Shown: one piece after another, positions 47,972-59,040 of the stretch
How the letters are laid out: every line of letters begins with the position of its first letter
How positions within the stretch are numbered: position 1 is the stretch's first letter
DNA from: Sumerlaeia bacterium
Lineage (GTDB): Bacteria > Sumerlaeota > Sumerlaeia > SLMS01 > JAHLLQ01
Reading direction: 5' to 3'
Assembly (NCBI GenBank): GCA_040219255.1
Contig: JAVJSW010000068.1
Location: 224,001 to 288,000, forward strand
Length of the DNA: 64,000 nt
Program-made: the position numbers and the translations under genes
The notes under the pieces: generated by a model
What the model was told of the DNA's origin: nothing
Seen by the model: only the letters and a program-made list of their open reading frames with translations
Databases searched by the model: none

Positions 47972-48949
47972 TCACCCCAGCTTCGCCGCCCGCGCCTTCA
48001 GGCCGTCCTCGATCGCGTCCAGCTCCCGCTGGCTCAGCGTGATGTCCGCCGCGCGGGCGGTTTCTTCCACTTGGCGGCGGTTGCGGCCGCCGACGATGGC
48101 GCTGGTGATCAGATCGCCGCGCAGTGTCCACGCCACGGCGATTTGGCCCGGCTGGACGCCGTGCTCGTTGGCGATGGGGCGCAGCGTGTTCTCCACGAAG
48201 TCGATGTTGATGGAGAGGTTCGGCTCCTGGTACTCCTTGGTGCGCTTGCGCCAATCGTCGTCCGGGCGCGAGGCGACCCACTCTTTCGTCACCTTGCCGG
48301 TCAGCATGCCGCTCAGCATCGGCGAGTACGCCACGATGCCGGCGTTGTGCGCGTGGCACCATTCCATCGGGCCGCCGTCGTCTTCGATGGCGCGCCGCAG
48401 CATGGAGTAAGGCGGTTGCAGACTGCTGACGGGGCGGATCTTGTGGGCGCGTTCGAGCTGGGCGGCGTTGAAGTTGCTGACGCCCGCCGCGCGGATCTTG
48501 CCCTCGTCCATGGCTTTGCCGATCTCTTCCCAGGCTTCCTCGATCTGCGCCTCCGGGTTCGGCCAGTGGATCTGGTAGAGGTCGATCACGTCGGTCTGGA
48601 GGCGCCGCAGGGACCCCTCGAGTTCTTCGCGCACGCTCTTGGCCGAGAGTTCGGCCCTCGGCTGGCCGTCGGGGCTGGGCAGAAGGCCGCATTTGGTGGC
48701 GACGAGGACCTTGTCGCGGCGGCCGGCGAGGGCTTTGCCGACGACTTCTTCGCTGTGGCCAAAGCCGTACACGTGGGCCGTATCGATCCAGTTCACACCA
48801 TTGTCGAGCGCCGCGTGGATCGCCTCGATGGACTCTTTGTCGTCCTGCTCGCCCCAGGCGAAGGCCCATCCAGACCCACCGATGGCCCAGGCTCCAAAGC
48901 CGATGACGGTCAGTTCAAGATCGCTGTTTCCAAGTTTCCGCGTTTTCAT
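47972..48949 (-). CDS. Aldo/keto reductase
   Basis: GFGAWAIGG, IDTAHVYG, DLYQIHWP, GVSNF, SLQPPYS and AYSPM motifs. Confidence 0.93.
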   Translation of the reverse strand: MKTRKLGNSDLELTVIGFGAWAIGGSGWAFAWGEQDDKESIEAIHAALDNGVNWIDTAHVYGFGHSEEVVGKALAGRRDKVLVATKCGLLPSPDGQPRAELSAKSVREELEGSLRRLQTDVIDLYQIHWPNPEAQIEEAWEEIGKAMDEGKIRAAGVSNFNAAQLERAHKIRPVSSLQPPYSMLRRAIEDDGGPMEWCHAHNAGIVAYSPMLSGMLTGKVTKEWVASRPDDDWRKRTKEYQEPNLSINIDFVENTLRPIANEHGVQPGQIAVAWTLRGDLITSAIVGGRNRRQVEETARAADITLSQRELDAIEDGLKARAAKLG

Positions 48950-49346
48950 CAGAGAGGGGTGCTTCCTTCGGGTGTGTGGTTGTGTGGGAACGAATAAGCA
49001 GAAGTCGCGCCGGAGGAGTCTTTTCCGCGGGCTGGCGACGTAGCAAGGCGGCAAAACGGGGGGGCGCCGCGCGTCTTTCATGGGACGCCCCCATGGAAGC
49101 CATGGTCCTCTGGCAGCGCTCGCCTCAAGTCCTTCAAAATCAACGGCGCAGCCGCACGACCCGGCTCGCTGGCGATGTCTTTTTTGTCTATCTTGTCTAT
49201 TTCGTTCGTCGAGTTGCCACAAGAAGGGACAAACGGACCGGCCTGTGAAACACTCCCCTCCAGATCGCCACCCCAAAGGAAGCCGCAAGCCCATGAACAC
49301 CCAGCTCCGCTCCCCACTCGCACCGGCGCCGTCCGGCGTCGCCATC

Positions 49347-50504
<1,158 letters not shown>

Positions 50505-50820
50505 GGGCGGGGGGGATCCGATGTGAGAATTAAACGCGAAGCAGCAGAGGAGCGAAGAAGCAAAGAATTACGAACCGAGAGCCTTCAAGCGGAGTTGAGG
50601 GGGGCGATACACCAAATCTCTCCTGGAGGATTTTCCGTGACTGATTTCAAGTCGCGCAGAATCAAAGTTGTAGGCTTCGTGGCTCAAGGCTGCGCCTCCG
50701 TGCCTCCGAGTCACCGTGGCGAATTGTCTCCTGCCGGCAAGGCGCCGCGAACAAAAGTCCTTCCCCACCGCGAGCCGGATTCGTAGGCTCCGTCTTCGAC
50801 TCGTGAAGGAGGCGCACGCC

Positions 50821-51720
50821 ATGCGCAGCATGACAGGTTTTGGAAGAGAAACGGCGGAGGGCCCGCTCGGCAGCGTCACCGTCGAGTTGCGTTCGGTGAA
50901 CCATCGCTTCCTCGAGATCGCGGTGCGGGCGCCGTCCGCCTTGGCGGCGCTGGAGCCCGAACTCCGCGCCCGGATCAAGGAACGCCTGGTCCGGGGCCGG
51001 GTCGATGCGACCGTGCGATTCACGCCCGCGGGAGACACCACCGGCGACGCCCCCGCCGTCCGGCTGAATATCGCCCTGGTGCGGTCGTTGGCCGAGCAGT
51101 TCCGAAAAGCCCTCGGCACCGCCGAAGGTTCGGTGCGTGCCGCCGAACTGCTCAGCGTCCCCGGGGTGCTGGAAACGGGCGACGCGGAAGCGCCCACGGA
51201 AGAGAGTCTGGCGGCGCTGGGGGCGATTCTGCGCGAGGCGCTGGATGGGGCCCTGGACGGCCTGATCGCCGAGCGCACCCGCGAAGGCGCCGCCCTGCGG
51301 GAAGCCCTCGCCGCCATGGCCGCCGACATGCGCGGCCACGCCGCCGCCGTCTCCGATGGCCGCGACGCCGTGGTGGATCGCTATCGCGAACGGCTCCAGG
51401 CCCGGTTGGAAAAACTCCTCGGCCCCGAAGGCCCCGCCCTCGACCCCGGCCGGCTCGAGCAGGAAGTGCTTTTCTTCGCCGACAAGGCCGACATCTCCGA
51501 GGAATGCGCGCGCCTCGCCGCCCACCTCGACGCCCTCGACGCGGGCATCGCGGCGGACGATGAAGCGGTGGGCCGGAACCTGGAATTCCTGACCCAGGAA
51601 ATTCTGCGCGAGGTCAACACCACCGGCTCGAAATGCCGCGACCTAGACATCGGCCGGCACGCCATGGCGCTCAAGCAGTTGGTGGAATCGCTGAAGGAAC
51701 AGTTGGCCAACGTGGAATAG
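50821..51720 (+). CDS. yicC: YicC/YloC family endoribonuclease
   Basis: MRSMTGFGR, ELRSVNHRFL, DISEE, GRNLEFLTQEILREVNTTGSK and EQLANVE motifs. Confidence 0.92.
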   Translation: MRSMTGFGRETAEGPLGSVTVELRSVNHRFLEIAVRAPSALAALEPELRARIKERLVRGRVDATVRFTPAGDTTGDAPAVRLNIALVRSLAEQFRKALGTAEGSVRAAELLSVPGVLETGDAEAPTEESLAALGAILREALDGALDGLIAERTREGAALREALAAMAADMRGHAAAVSDGRDAVVDRYRERLQARLEKLLGPEGPALDPGRLEQEVLFFADKADISEECARLAAHLDALDAGIAADDEAVGRNLEFLTQEILREVNTTGSKCRDLDIGRHAMALKQLVESLKEQLANVE

Positions 51721-51869
51721 GGTAGGCGGCCGTTTCGGCCGTGACCACCAGCGACGCTTCTCCCACGCCCCATCCGGTTTTCAAATGGGCGCCTTTGAAA
51801 GGCGTGAGATGAGATGGAGCGGTTTGAGAAAAAGCGCCGCCGGACATGGGCGGGACGCCCTTGCTACCC
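51721..51869. repeat. REPIN/MITE-like element family B, copy 1
   Basis: About 150 bp bounded by inverted GTAGCACGGGCGTCCCGCCCGTG-type REPs. Confidence 0.65.
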
Positions 51870-51879
51870 AGAAGTGCGG

Positions 51880-53109
51880 TTACTTCACGACCTTGGGGAT
51901 GCTGAAGAGCGGCAGGTAGAGCGCGATGACGATGGTACCGACGATCACACCGAGGAACACGATCAGCAGCGGCTCGAGAATCGAGGCGAGCGCGTTCACC
52001 GTGTCGTCCACTTCGCGTTCGTAGGCTTCCGCGACCTTCGTCAGCATGGCGTCGATGGCACCGGTTTCTTCGCCGACGGCGACCATGTGCACGACGAGCG
52101 GCGGGAAGACCTTACATTCGCTGAGCGGTTCGTGGATCGACTCACCGTCCTTGACGGAGTTGTAGACCTTGTCCATGGCGAGGGAAACGACCTCGTTACC
52201 GGACGTGTCGCGCACGATGTCCAACGCCTGCAAGATCGGCACACCGGCGGTGATCAGCGTGGCCAGCGTACCGGCGAACCGCGTGATGGCCACCTTCTGG
52301 AGAAGCGACCCGATGACCGGCAGCTTGAGCTTCACCCGGTCGAAGAACAGTTTCCCCTTCTTGGTCTGGTTGACTTTCTTGAAGAAGACGAAAATCGCGA
52401 CGGCGCCCAGGATCACCCAGAGCGTCTTTGTCCGTACGACATCGGACATTTTCACCAGGGCCAGCGTCAGGCCGGGCAGTTCGGCGCCAAGCTGCTCGAA
52501 AATGTCCACGAACTTGGGCATGATCTTCCACAGAATGAAGGTCACGATGACGACCGCCAGACCCGACACCACGATGGGGTACATCATGGCGGATTTCACT
52601 TTGCCGACGAGCGCCTGGCGCTTTTCGAGGAAGTAGGCGATTTTGTTCAGAACGGCTTCCAACACACCGCCGATTTCGCCCGCGCGCACCATGTTCACGT
52701 ACAGCGAGTCGAAGATTTTCGGGTGCTTCGCCAGACCTTCCGAGAGCGACGAACCGCTCTCGATGTCCTTGGCGACCTGCTGGATCTTTTCCTTGAAAAC
52801 GATCGATTCGACCTGCTCGGTCAGGATGTAAAGCGAGCGCAGAATCGGCAGGCCGGCATCGATCAGCGTGGCCAACTGACGCGTGAAGGTCATAATGTGC
52901 TTGGTCTTCACGCGGTGCATGATGTTGCGGATGCCGGGCAGGGCGAAAATGTCCAGGTCGCCCGCGCCCTTCTTCTGCTCCACCACTTTCAGCGGATAGT
53001 AGCCCATGCTGCGCAGGCGCTCGATGATGACGTCTTCGTTGTTGGCCTCGATGGTGCCGCGAACCTGTTTGCCGCCTTTGTCGAGGGCCTCGTAGAAAAA
53101 CTCCGCCAT
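51880..53109 (-). CDS. pilC: Type IV pilus inner-membrane platform protein (T2SS F family)
   Basis: FTRQLATLIDAGLPI, AGEIGGVL, SAMMYP, VGEETGAID and LEPLLIV motifs. Confidence 0.93.
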   Translation of the reverse strand: MAEFFYEALDKGGKQVRGTIEANNEDVIIERLRSMGYYPLKVVEQKKGAGDLDIFALPGIRNIMHRVKTKHIMTFTRQLATLIDAGLPILRSLYILTEQVESIVFKEKIQQVAKDIESGSSLSEGLAKHPKIFDSLYVNMVRAGEIGGVLEAVLNKIAYFLEKRQALVGKVKSAMMYPIVVSGLAVVIVTFILWKIMPKFVDIFEQLGAELPGLTLALVKMSDVVRTKTLWVILGAVAIFVFFKKVNQTKKGKLFFDRVKLKLPVIGSLLQKVAITRFAGTLATLITAGVPILQALDIVRDTSGNEVVSLAMDKVYNSVKDGESIHEPLSECKVFPPLVVHMVAVGEETGAIDAMLTKVAEAYEREVDDTVNALASILEPLLIVFLGVIVGTIVIALYLPLFSIPKVVK

Positions 53110-53601
53110 GGCTGCCGCGCTCCTTGCAGGGTTCGTCCGGGGGGGACGAAAAGACATCCCGCACCACGGCCAAGCCGGAAGCGGGCTCTTCCTCCTGTAA
53201 CAATGGGGCGGAGGGGGTCAAGCTGTCAACCGCGTGTTGCGGCGGGGTGGCCGCGATCCTTCACCACAGAGATGGTGCGTTGAGGGCATAGAGGACAGAG
53301 GTTCCACAGAGTGCATTCAAAACGTGCCGCAAGATGGGATGGCCTGTTGAGCCAAGTCCATAAAAATAAGCAATCTGTCAACCAAATCCGAAACGTAGCG
53401 GCGATTTCGGCATCTTGTCCCATTGTTGGTTCCTGTTTCAAGAGAACGGGCTACGGTATCTCACTCATCCAGCCAGGAGCCGGGCCATGCCCCCTTGTTC
53501 CGGTCTACTTCAAACGCACCGGTGTCATCTCTGCGTTCTCCGCGCCTCCGCGGTGATTTCTTGAAGAATCATGGGGTGGAGTGGTGATTTCATGTAAAGC
53601 C

Positions 53602-54318
53602 TCACAAAACCCCCAACCCCCGCAGTTCCGCTTCCGCTTTGCCGCCCCAGTCCTTGTTCGCGGCGGGGCTGGCGGGGCTGGGGTGGAGGATGCGGCCGAA
53701 TTCGAGGCCGGGGAAGCCGTCGGCGAGGGCGAGGCGGGCGCGTTGTTCGGCGAAGGCTCCGACGCCGACGACCATGCGGGGTTTGAGGTAGCGCACCACG
53801 CGGCGCAGGTGCTCGTCGCAGGCGTCGATCATCGGGGTGCGTTCGGCGGCGGGGATTTTGTCCGGCGTGCGGTTGCGGCCCGAGTCCTCCAGGAAAATCA
53901 GCGGGCAGTAATTCACGACCCAGAAGCGCTCGAAAAATGCGTCCGGGGCGCCGAAGCGCTCCCGCGCCCAGCCCCAGAGGCGGGCGCCGCTGACTTCGCT
54001 GCGGGTGCAGGCGAGGCCTTCGACGGGGCGCTTTGGGTGTTCACGGGCGGGTTTGCCGATGGGGGCTTCGATGGCGAGCCAGTCGCGCACGGCGCCGACC
54101 TCGCCAAAGGGTATGCCCGTCTGGGCCATGCCCCAGGGCCCGGGGTTCATGCCCAGCAGGAGGGTCTGGCCCCCATCGCGCCGCGCCCAGCGCCGGCAGT
54201 AACGGGTGTAGGGTTCGAAGGCGTACTCGAGCACGTTGTAGGTGTGCGTGACGGGCGGCGAGAAAGTCAGAGGCGCCAGGGCGAGGCGCAGGTTTCGGGC
54301 GGCGGCGATCGGTTCCAT
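53602..54318 (-). CDS. SMUG1-family uracil-DNA glycosylase
   Basis: GMNPGPWGMAQTGIPFG, SEVSGARLW, NYCPL and HPSPASP motifs. Confidence 0.92.
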   Translation of the reverse strand: MEPIAAARNLRLALAPLTFSPPVTHTYNVLEYAFEPYTRYCRRWARRDGGQTLLLGMNPGPWGMAQTGIPFGEVGAVRDWLAIEAPIGKPAREHPKRPVEGLACTRSEVSGARLWGWARERFGAPDAFFERFWVVNYCPLIFLEDSGRNRTPDKIPAAERTPMIDACDEHLRRVVRYLKPRMVVGVGAFAEQRARLALADGFPGLEFGRILHPSPASPAANKDWGGKAEAELRGLGVL

Positions 54319-54357
54319 AAGAAGACAAATGTTGCCCGCGATAGGTTGCGCGTCAAG

Positions 54358-55737
54358 TCAACGGAGCATCGACGAGATATCGGACGCCGATGTGGGATAG
54401 GCCCAGCGCACGCGGCGCAACTCGGGCACAGGGGTTCCGCAGCCAAGCGCGAGGGCGAACACGTTGATCGTTTCCGCCGCGTGGGGGCCGAGCAGGTGCG
54501 CGCCGAGGATGCGGCGGCTGCCTTCCTCGATCACGATCGCGTACCCGGCGCACGGTTCGTTGCGGTGGCGCTGGGAAAACCATTGGCTGGAATCGCCGCG
54601 GTTGCAGGTGAAGGCGAGGCCCTGCTCGCGCGCCTGGACCTCGGTGATGCCCACACCGGCGATTTCCGGGATGGTGAAGGCGGCGCTGGCGGTGGCTTTG
54701 TAGCTGACCGTTCGCTCGTTGCCGTGCATCAGGTTATGGAACACGGCGGCGGCCTCGGCCCCCGCCACGGGGGTCAGGGGAGCGCCCGGCGTGGCGGTGC
54801 AATCGCCCGCCGCATAGACCGCCGGGTTGGTTGGGCTTTGCAGGTACTCGTTCACTTCGATGCCGCGCGGACCAAAGGCCACGCCCCCTTCTTCCAGGTT
54901 CAGCGCGGAAATGAACGGAATGCGCCCCATGCCGTGCACCACCAGATCGGTCGCGAGGGTTTGGCTCTCGCGGTTCGCCGTGTCGTTCGTGCACACGGTG
55001 TAGGCGCCGTCTTCGCGGCGGATTTCGCAGACGCGCCGGTTGGGGATGAATCGGATGCCCAATTCTTCGCGGCTGTAATCGACGAGGCGCCGCACGAGTT
55101 CGGCGTCGAAGCCCGACAGGGGGACTTCGTGGCTGTCGATGACGGTGACATCGGCGCCGCACCGGGCGGCGATGTGGGCGAATTCCCAACTGATGTAGCC
55201 CCCGCCGGCGAAGGTCACGCGCCGGGGCAGCTCCGGCAGGTCGAAGAAATCGTCGCTGGAGGTCAGGCAATCGGCGCCGGGAAAGTTCAGCGGCCGCGGT
55301 TTCCCACCTGTCGCCAGGAGGATCTTGCGCGCCGACAGGGTTCGCTCCGAACTATCGTCGCTCCGCACGCGGATCGTGTTCCGCCCGGCGAAACAGCCCC
55401 AGCCGTGGTAAACGTCCACGTTCGCTTCGGCGTATCGTTTCGCGTCGGTTTCGGGAACCGGATCGGTGAAGGTGTTTTTGAACTCGCGCATCGCCTGCCA
55501 ATCGAGGTGGGCCCCCGGCGCCACCAGGCTCCGGCCCTCCATGCGGCGGATCCAGTCCATGGCCTGGGCTCCGGCGCGCAGCATCTTCTTCGGCGAACAG
55601 CCCCGCAGCGCGCACGTTCCGCCCAGGGGCCGGCTTTCCACCAGCGCGACTTTCCAACCCTCGGCGGCGCAGCGTTTGGCCGGCGAGGAGGCGACGCCGC
55701 TGCCAATGACGATCAAATCGTATTCCGTTTCCGGCAT
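54358..55737 (-). CDS. Pyridine nucleotide-disulfide oxidoreductase (glutathione reductase-like)
   Basis: DLIVIGSG, GGTCALRGCSPKK (redox disulfide), GGGYI, YAAGD and AYPT motifs. Confidence 0.9.
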   Translation of the reverse strand: MPETEYDLIVIGSGVASSPAKRCAAEGWKVALVESRPLGGTCALRGCSPKKMLRAGAQAMDWIRRMEGRSLVAPGAHLDWQAMREFKNTFTDPVPETDAKRYAEANVDVYHGWGCFAGRNTIRVRSDDSSERTLSARKILLATGGKPRPLNFPGADCLTSSDDFFDLPELPRRVTFAGGGYISWEFAHIAARCGADVTVIDSHEVPLSGFDAELVRRLVDYSREELGIRFIPNRRVCEIRREDGAYTVCTNDTANRESQTLATDLVVHGMGRIPFISALNLEEGGVAFGPRGIEVNEYLQSPTNPAVYAAGDCTATPGAPLTPVAGAEAAAVFHNLMHGNERTVSYKATASAAFTIPEIAGVGITEVQAREQGLAFTCNRGDSSQWFSQRHRNEPCAGYAIVIEEGSRRILGAHLLGPHAAETINVFALALGCGTPVPELRRVRWAYPTSASDISSMLR

Positions 55738-55916
55738 TCTCTCGGGCTCCTGACTCTCGGGATGGAACCGATAGGGACAGCAAGTCCGGCACCATGTCGC
55801 GCTGGAATCGGCCGCGTCCGGCATTTTTCCCCATCGAATCGGAAAGAGAAGTCTTGCGCGGGTGCCCGCTCCAAGGCCATGCAATGGCGGCGCTGCCCCT
55901 GAATTGAACGAAACCC

Positions 55917-56876
55917 ATGGCTTTGCAAGTCTCCAACCTGCCCGAAATCCTCTCCGCCGGCACGCAAGTGGTGGTGGAGAAAACCCTGCGTGGCGCCGCC
56001 GGAGAGCCCATCTGTCCGCAGGGCGCCGTTGGCGTGGTTGTCGGCGAACCGGACACGGCGGACGGCCTGTACCGCGTGCGCTTTCCCAACGCCTACGAGG
56101 CCGATCTGGCGCGGGGCGACTTCGACGTGCGCAAGCATTACCAGCGCCGAAGTCTCGGCGACCTCGCGGGGCTGAACGACGGCGTCGATTGGCGGCGCCA
56201 CATCATCTATCGCTGCGTGATCGGTTCACGGGCCTATGGGCTGGACACGGACGACAGCGACACCGACCGGCGCGGAATTTTCCTGCCCCCGGCACGGCTG
56301 CATTGGAGTTTGGCCGGTGTGCCGGAGCAGATCGAGGACCACCCACGCCAGGAATGCTTCTGGGAACTCGAGAAGTTCCTGACGCTGGCGCTCAAGGCCA
56401 ACCCCAACGTCCTCGAAGTCCTGCACTCGGATCTCGTCGAGCACTGCGCGCCCATCGCCGGCGAGCTGTGCGCCATGCGCGGGGCGTTTCTGTCGCGGCT
56501 CGTCTATCAGACTTACAACGGATACGTGCTATCCCAGTTCAAGAAAATGCGCCACGATCTCGACACCCGGGGCGAAGTGCGATGGAAGCACGCCATGCAC
56601 TTGATCCGCCTGCTGTGGAGCGGCAAGGAACTGGTTCGCACCGGCCAGATGGTGGTCCGCATCCATGACGGCGCGATGGTGGAGCGGCTGCTGGCCATCA
56701 AGCGCGGCGAGTGGACCTTCGAAGCCGTGGAGCAGTGGCGCCAGCGGCTCCACCGCGAGTTCGACGACGCCCTGGCGCGGACGCCGCTGCCGGAACTTCC
56801 CGACATTCGCCGCGCCGACGCGTTCCTGATTCGCGCCCGCCACCGCATGACCGAAACCGAGGAGATTGCCCGATGA
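55917..56876 (+). CDS. RlaP/YcgL-type Pol-beta nucleotidyltransferase with an N-terminal extension
   Basis: GSRAYGLDTDDSDTDRRG (hGS..DxD), KANPNVLE and KHAMHLIRL motifs. Confidence 0.88.
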   Translation: MALQVSNLPEILSAGTQVVVEKTLRGAAGEPICPQGAVGVVVGEPDTADGLYRVRFPNAYEADLARGDFDVRKHYQRRSLGDLAGLNDGVDWRRHIIYRCVIGSRAYGLDTDDSDTDRRGIFLPPARLHWSLAGVPEQIEDHPRQECFWELEKFLTLALKANPNVLEVLHSDLVEHCAPIAGELCAMRGAFLSRLVYQTYNGYVLSQFKKMRHDLDTRGEVRWKHAMHLIRLLWSGKELVRTGQMVVRIHDGAMVERLLAIKRGEWTFEAVEQWRQRLHREFDDALARTPLPELPDIRRADAFLIRARHRMTETEEIAR

Positions 56877-57652
56877 TTGTCGATGCCACCGGCCCGATTC
56901 CCACCGAAGACCTGCGCCGCGTCGCAGCCGCCCATCCCTACGCGCTGCTGTTCGCCACCGTCAGCGGCTCGCACATCTACGGCTTTCCCTCGCCCGATTC
57001 GGATTTCGACCTGCGGGGCGTACACGTGCTGCCGCTGCCCGAGGTCATCGGCCTCGCCACGCCGGATGAAACCATCGAGCAGGGGGCGTTTCGCGCCGGT
57101 CTCGAGATGGACCTCGTCACGCATGATGTGGCGAAGTTCTGCCGCCTGCTGCTCAAGCCCAACGGCTACGTGCTGGAACAACTCATGTCGCCCCTGGTGA
57201 TCCAGACGTCGTCCGAGCATCAAGAGCTGAAAGCCATGGCCCACGTTCTGATCACGCGCTACCACGCGCGGCACTACGAGGGATTCTTCCATTCGCAGTG
57301 GAAGCTCTTCCAACGTGACGAACCGCGCAAAGTCAAGCCGCTGCTGTATTGCTACCGGGTGCTGATGACCGGCATCCATCTGATGCGCCGCAGCGACCTG
57401 GAGCCGAACCTGGCGATCCTGGCTGAGGAATACGGCCTGCGTTACATCCCGGACTTGATCGAGCGCAAACGCGCCGGGGGCGAACACGGCACCCTCGGCG
57501 GCGCCGACTTCGCCTTCCACGAACGCGAACTGCACCGCCTCCTGGAGGAACTGCGCGACGAAGCGGACCGCTCCTACCTGCCGGAAGAACCGCTCTGCCG
57601 CGAGGACATGAACGACTTCCTGCTACGGGTGCGGATGAAGTTTCGGGAGTAG
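56873..57652 (+). CDS. RlaP/YcgL-type Pol-beta nucleotidyltransferase, second paralogue
   Basis: SGSHIYGFPSPDSDFDLRG, NGYVLEQL and KPLLYCYRVLMTG motifs; ATGA overlap with the upstream gene. Confidence 0.88.
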   Translation: MIVDATGPIPTEDLRRVAAAHPYALLFATVSGSHIYGFPSPDSDFDLRGVHVLPLPEVIGLATPDETIEQGAFRAGLEMDLVTHDVAKFCRLLLKPNGYVLEQLMSPLVIQTSSEHQELKAMAHVLITRYHARHYEGFFHSQWKLFQRDEPRKVKPLLYCYRVLMTGIHLMRRSDLEPNLAILAEEYGLRYIPDLIERKRAGGEHGTLGGADFAFHERELHRLLEELRDEADRSYLPEEPLCREDMNDFLLRVRMKFRE

Positions 57653-57766
57653 ATGGGGGGAATGGGCGCTCCGCGGGCACAAGAATGGAAAAATACTCGC
57701 CCTCCCTGTATACTCAAAAGAAGCCGACTCAAAAGTGCATTCTCCCGCCTAGAATAAAATAATCCA

Positions 57767-57811
57767 CCGCGCGCATTTTTCTCTTGCGCGGCAGGGCGAA
57801 ATCAGTACTGT
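57767..57811 (+). promoter_or_regulatory. Possible promoter with an overlapping dyad
   Basis: AT-rich tract, then the CCGCGCGCA-TTTTTCTCT-TGCGCGG dyad overlapping TTGCGC-N16-TACTGT. Confidence 0.3.
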
Positions 57812-57887
57812 CCGCTCCCACGCCGCAGAGGAAAACGCACGTTTTCGCCGCGGCACTCCACTCCCTCCGCAAAGGGGACGCAGCACT

Positions 57888-58121
57888 ATGATCCGGACAG
57901 ACGTCATCAATCGCATCGCCGCAGCCGCTCAGGTTCTTCGGAATCTGGATCGGGTCCTCGGCCTCGTCGTCACCGGCTTCGCCCGCAGTCGCTCGCGCTC
58001 CTTTGCTCTCGCGAGTTCCCAAGGCGACGCCGGATACCACGGAGGAGCCCCGATGGGTTGCCCCGGACGGAAACCGGCCGGCATGGAACGTTGGCGAGAA
58101 CGAGGGATGCGCGAGGCGTAA
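57888..58121 (+). CDS. Putative leader peptide (77 aa)
   Basis: AAAGGGGA RBS-like sequence before the ATG; lies between the putative promoter and the tRNA genes. No recognised family. Confidence 0.35.
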   Translation: MIRTDVINRIAAAAQVLRNLDRVLGLVVTGFARSRSRSFALASSQGDAGYHGGAPMGCPGRKPAGMERWRERGMREA

Positions 58122-58571
58122 GCCGCCTCTTTTCCGCACACAATCCCCATCGACTCGCGGTTCCAGGCTTCGGCTTCGAACGGCACGCTCGCATTCGCTG
58201 GCCCGCGCCACGCGCCTGCGACACGCAACGCGCTCTCCTTGTCCTTCACGCCTCCGCCCACGGCGGTTCGCCGTCTTGGGTCTATGCTGAACGAATAAGC
58301 CGCGCGCCGCGTCCCGCCGTCTTCGCAGCCCCCCGCCACGCCGCCGCTTGAACCCTCCGTTGCCGCAAGGGGTCCATCGGGCCGCTTTGTGACATCCGGG
58401 AACCCGATCCCGCGCGATCACTAGTTTACTTGAACTCCTGACGCTTATGTGTGTTTGGAGACCAGAAAAACCATATTCGAATGGAAAAGAAAGAGTGTTT
58501 GATCGCACGTTCGTAGTTCCGCCTTCAGGCGGAAAAGATCCGTGCAGAACGCATTGTCGCTTTTCACATGG

Positions 58572-58648
58572 GGACCGGTATCCCAACTGGCAGAGGACGG
58601 CGCCTCAGAAGCGCTGAGTTGCAGGTTCGACTCCCGCCCGGTTCACCA
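58572..58648 (+). tRNA. tRNA-Leu(CAG), atypical (short variable loop)
   Basis: Acceptor GGACCGG/CCGGTTC, Leu-type D arm, anticodon arm GGCGC-CTCAGAA-GCGCT, 5-nt variable loop, TTCGACT T-loop, A73 and encoded CCA. Confidence 0.82.
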
Positions 58649-59040
58649 AAAGCTTTGTGCGGCCAAGGGCCGCCTCCTTCCGCCTGAAGGCGGGACGACG
58701 AGCACGTTACACATCTCCGGCCCCGGTGGCCGCGGTGGTTTTTTCCGAGTCCGAGAGACCGGAGCGTTGAAATCTTGGGCAGCGTCTGGCGGATACCGTC
58801 TCCCCGCCGGACAATCAACGCCCCGGTTCCTCCCGGAGCCTCGGCAAAACCCCCCGCGACCTCCGGGGCTGGGGAAGCGCAAGGCGAGAATGAACGATGA
58901 GCGGCGACAAAACTTGCCGGGTGCCGGGCGTGGGACTCTCCTTTCCCACCCACGTGGGCCGGCGCCCGGCCAGGGGGAGAGGGGGGCCAAGCGCAAGCTG
59001 AACGACCGGGCAGAGAAGGGCACGCCCCGGCGTGCTCTGC

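Noticed and set aside
58572-58648. Reading the first tRNA as a TCA (Sec/opal suppressor) tRNA
   Set aside because: The 5-bp stem fixes the 7-nt loop CTCAGAA with CAG central, and there is no long acceptor or variable arm as in tRNA-Sec.
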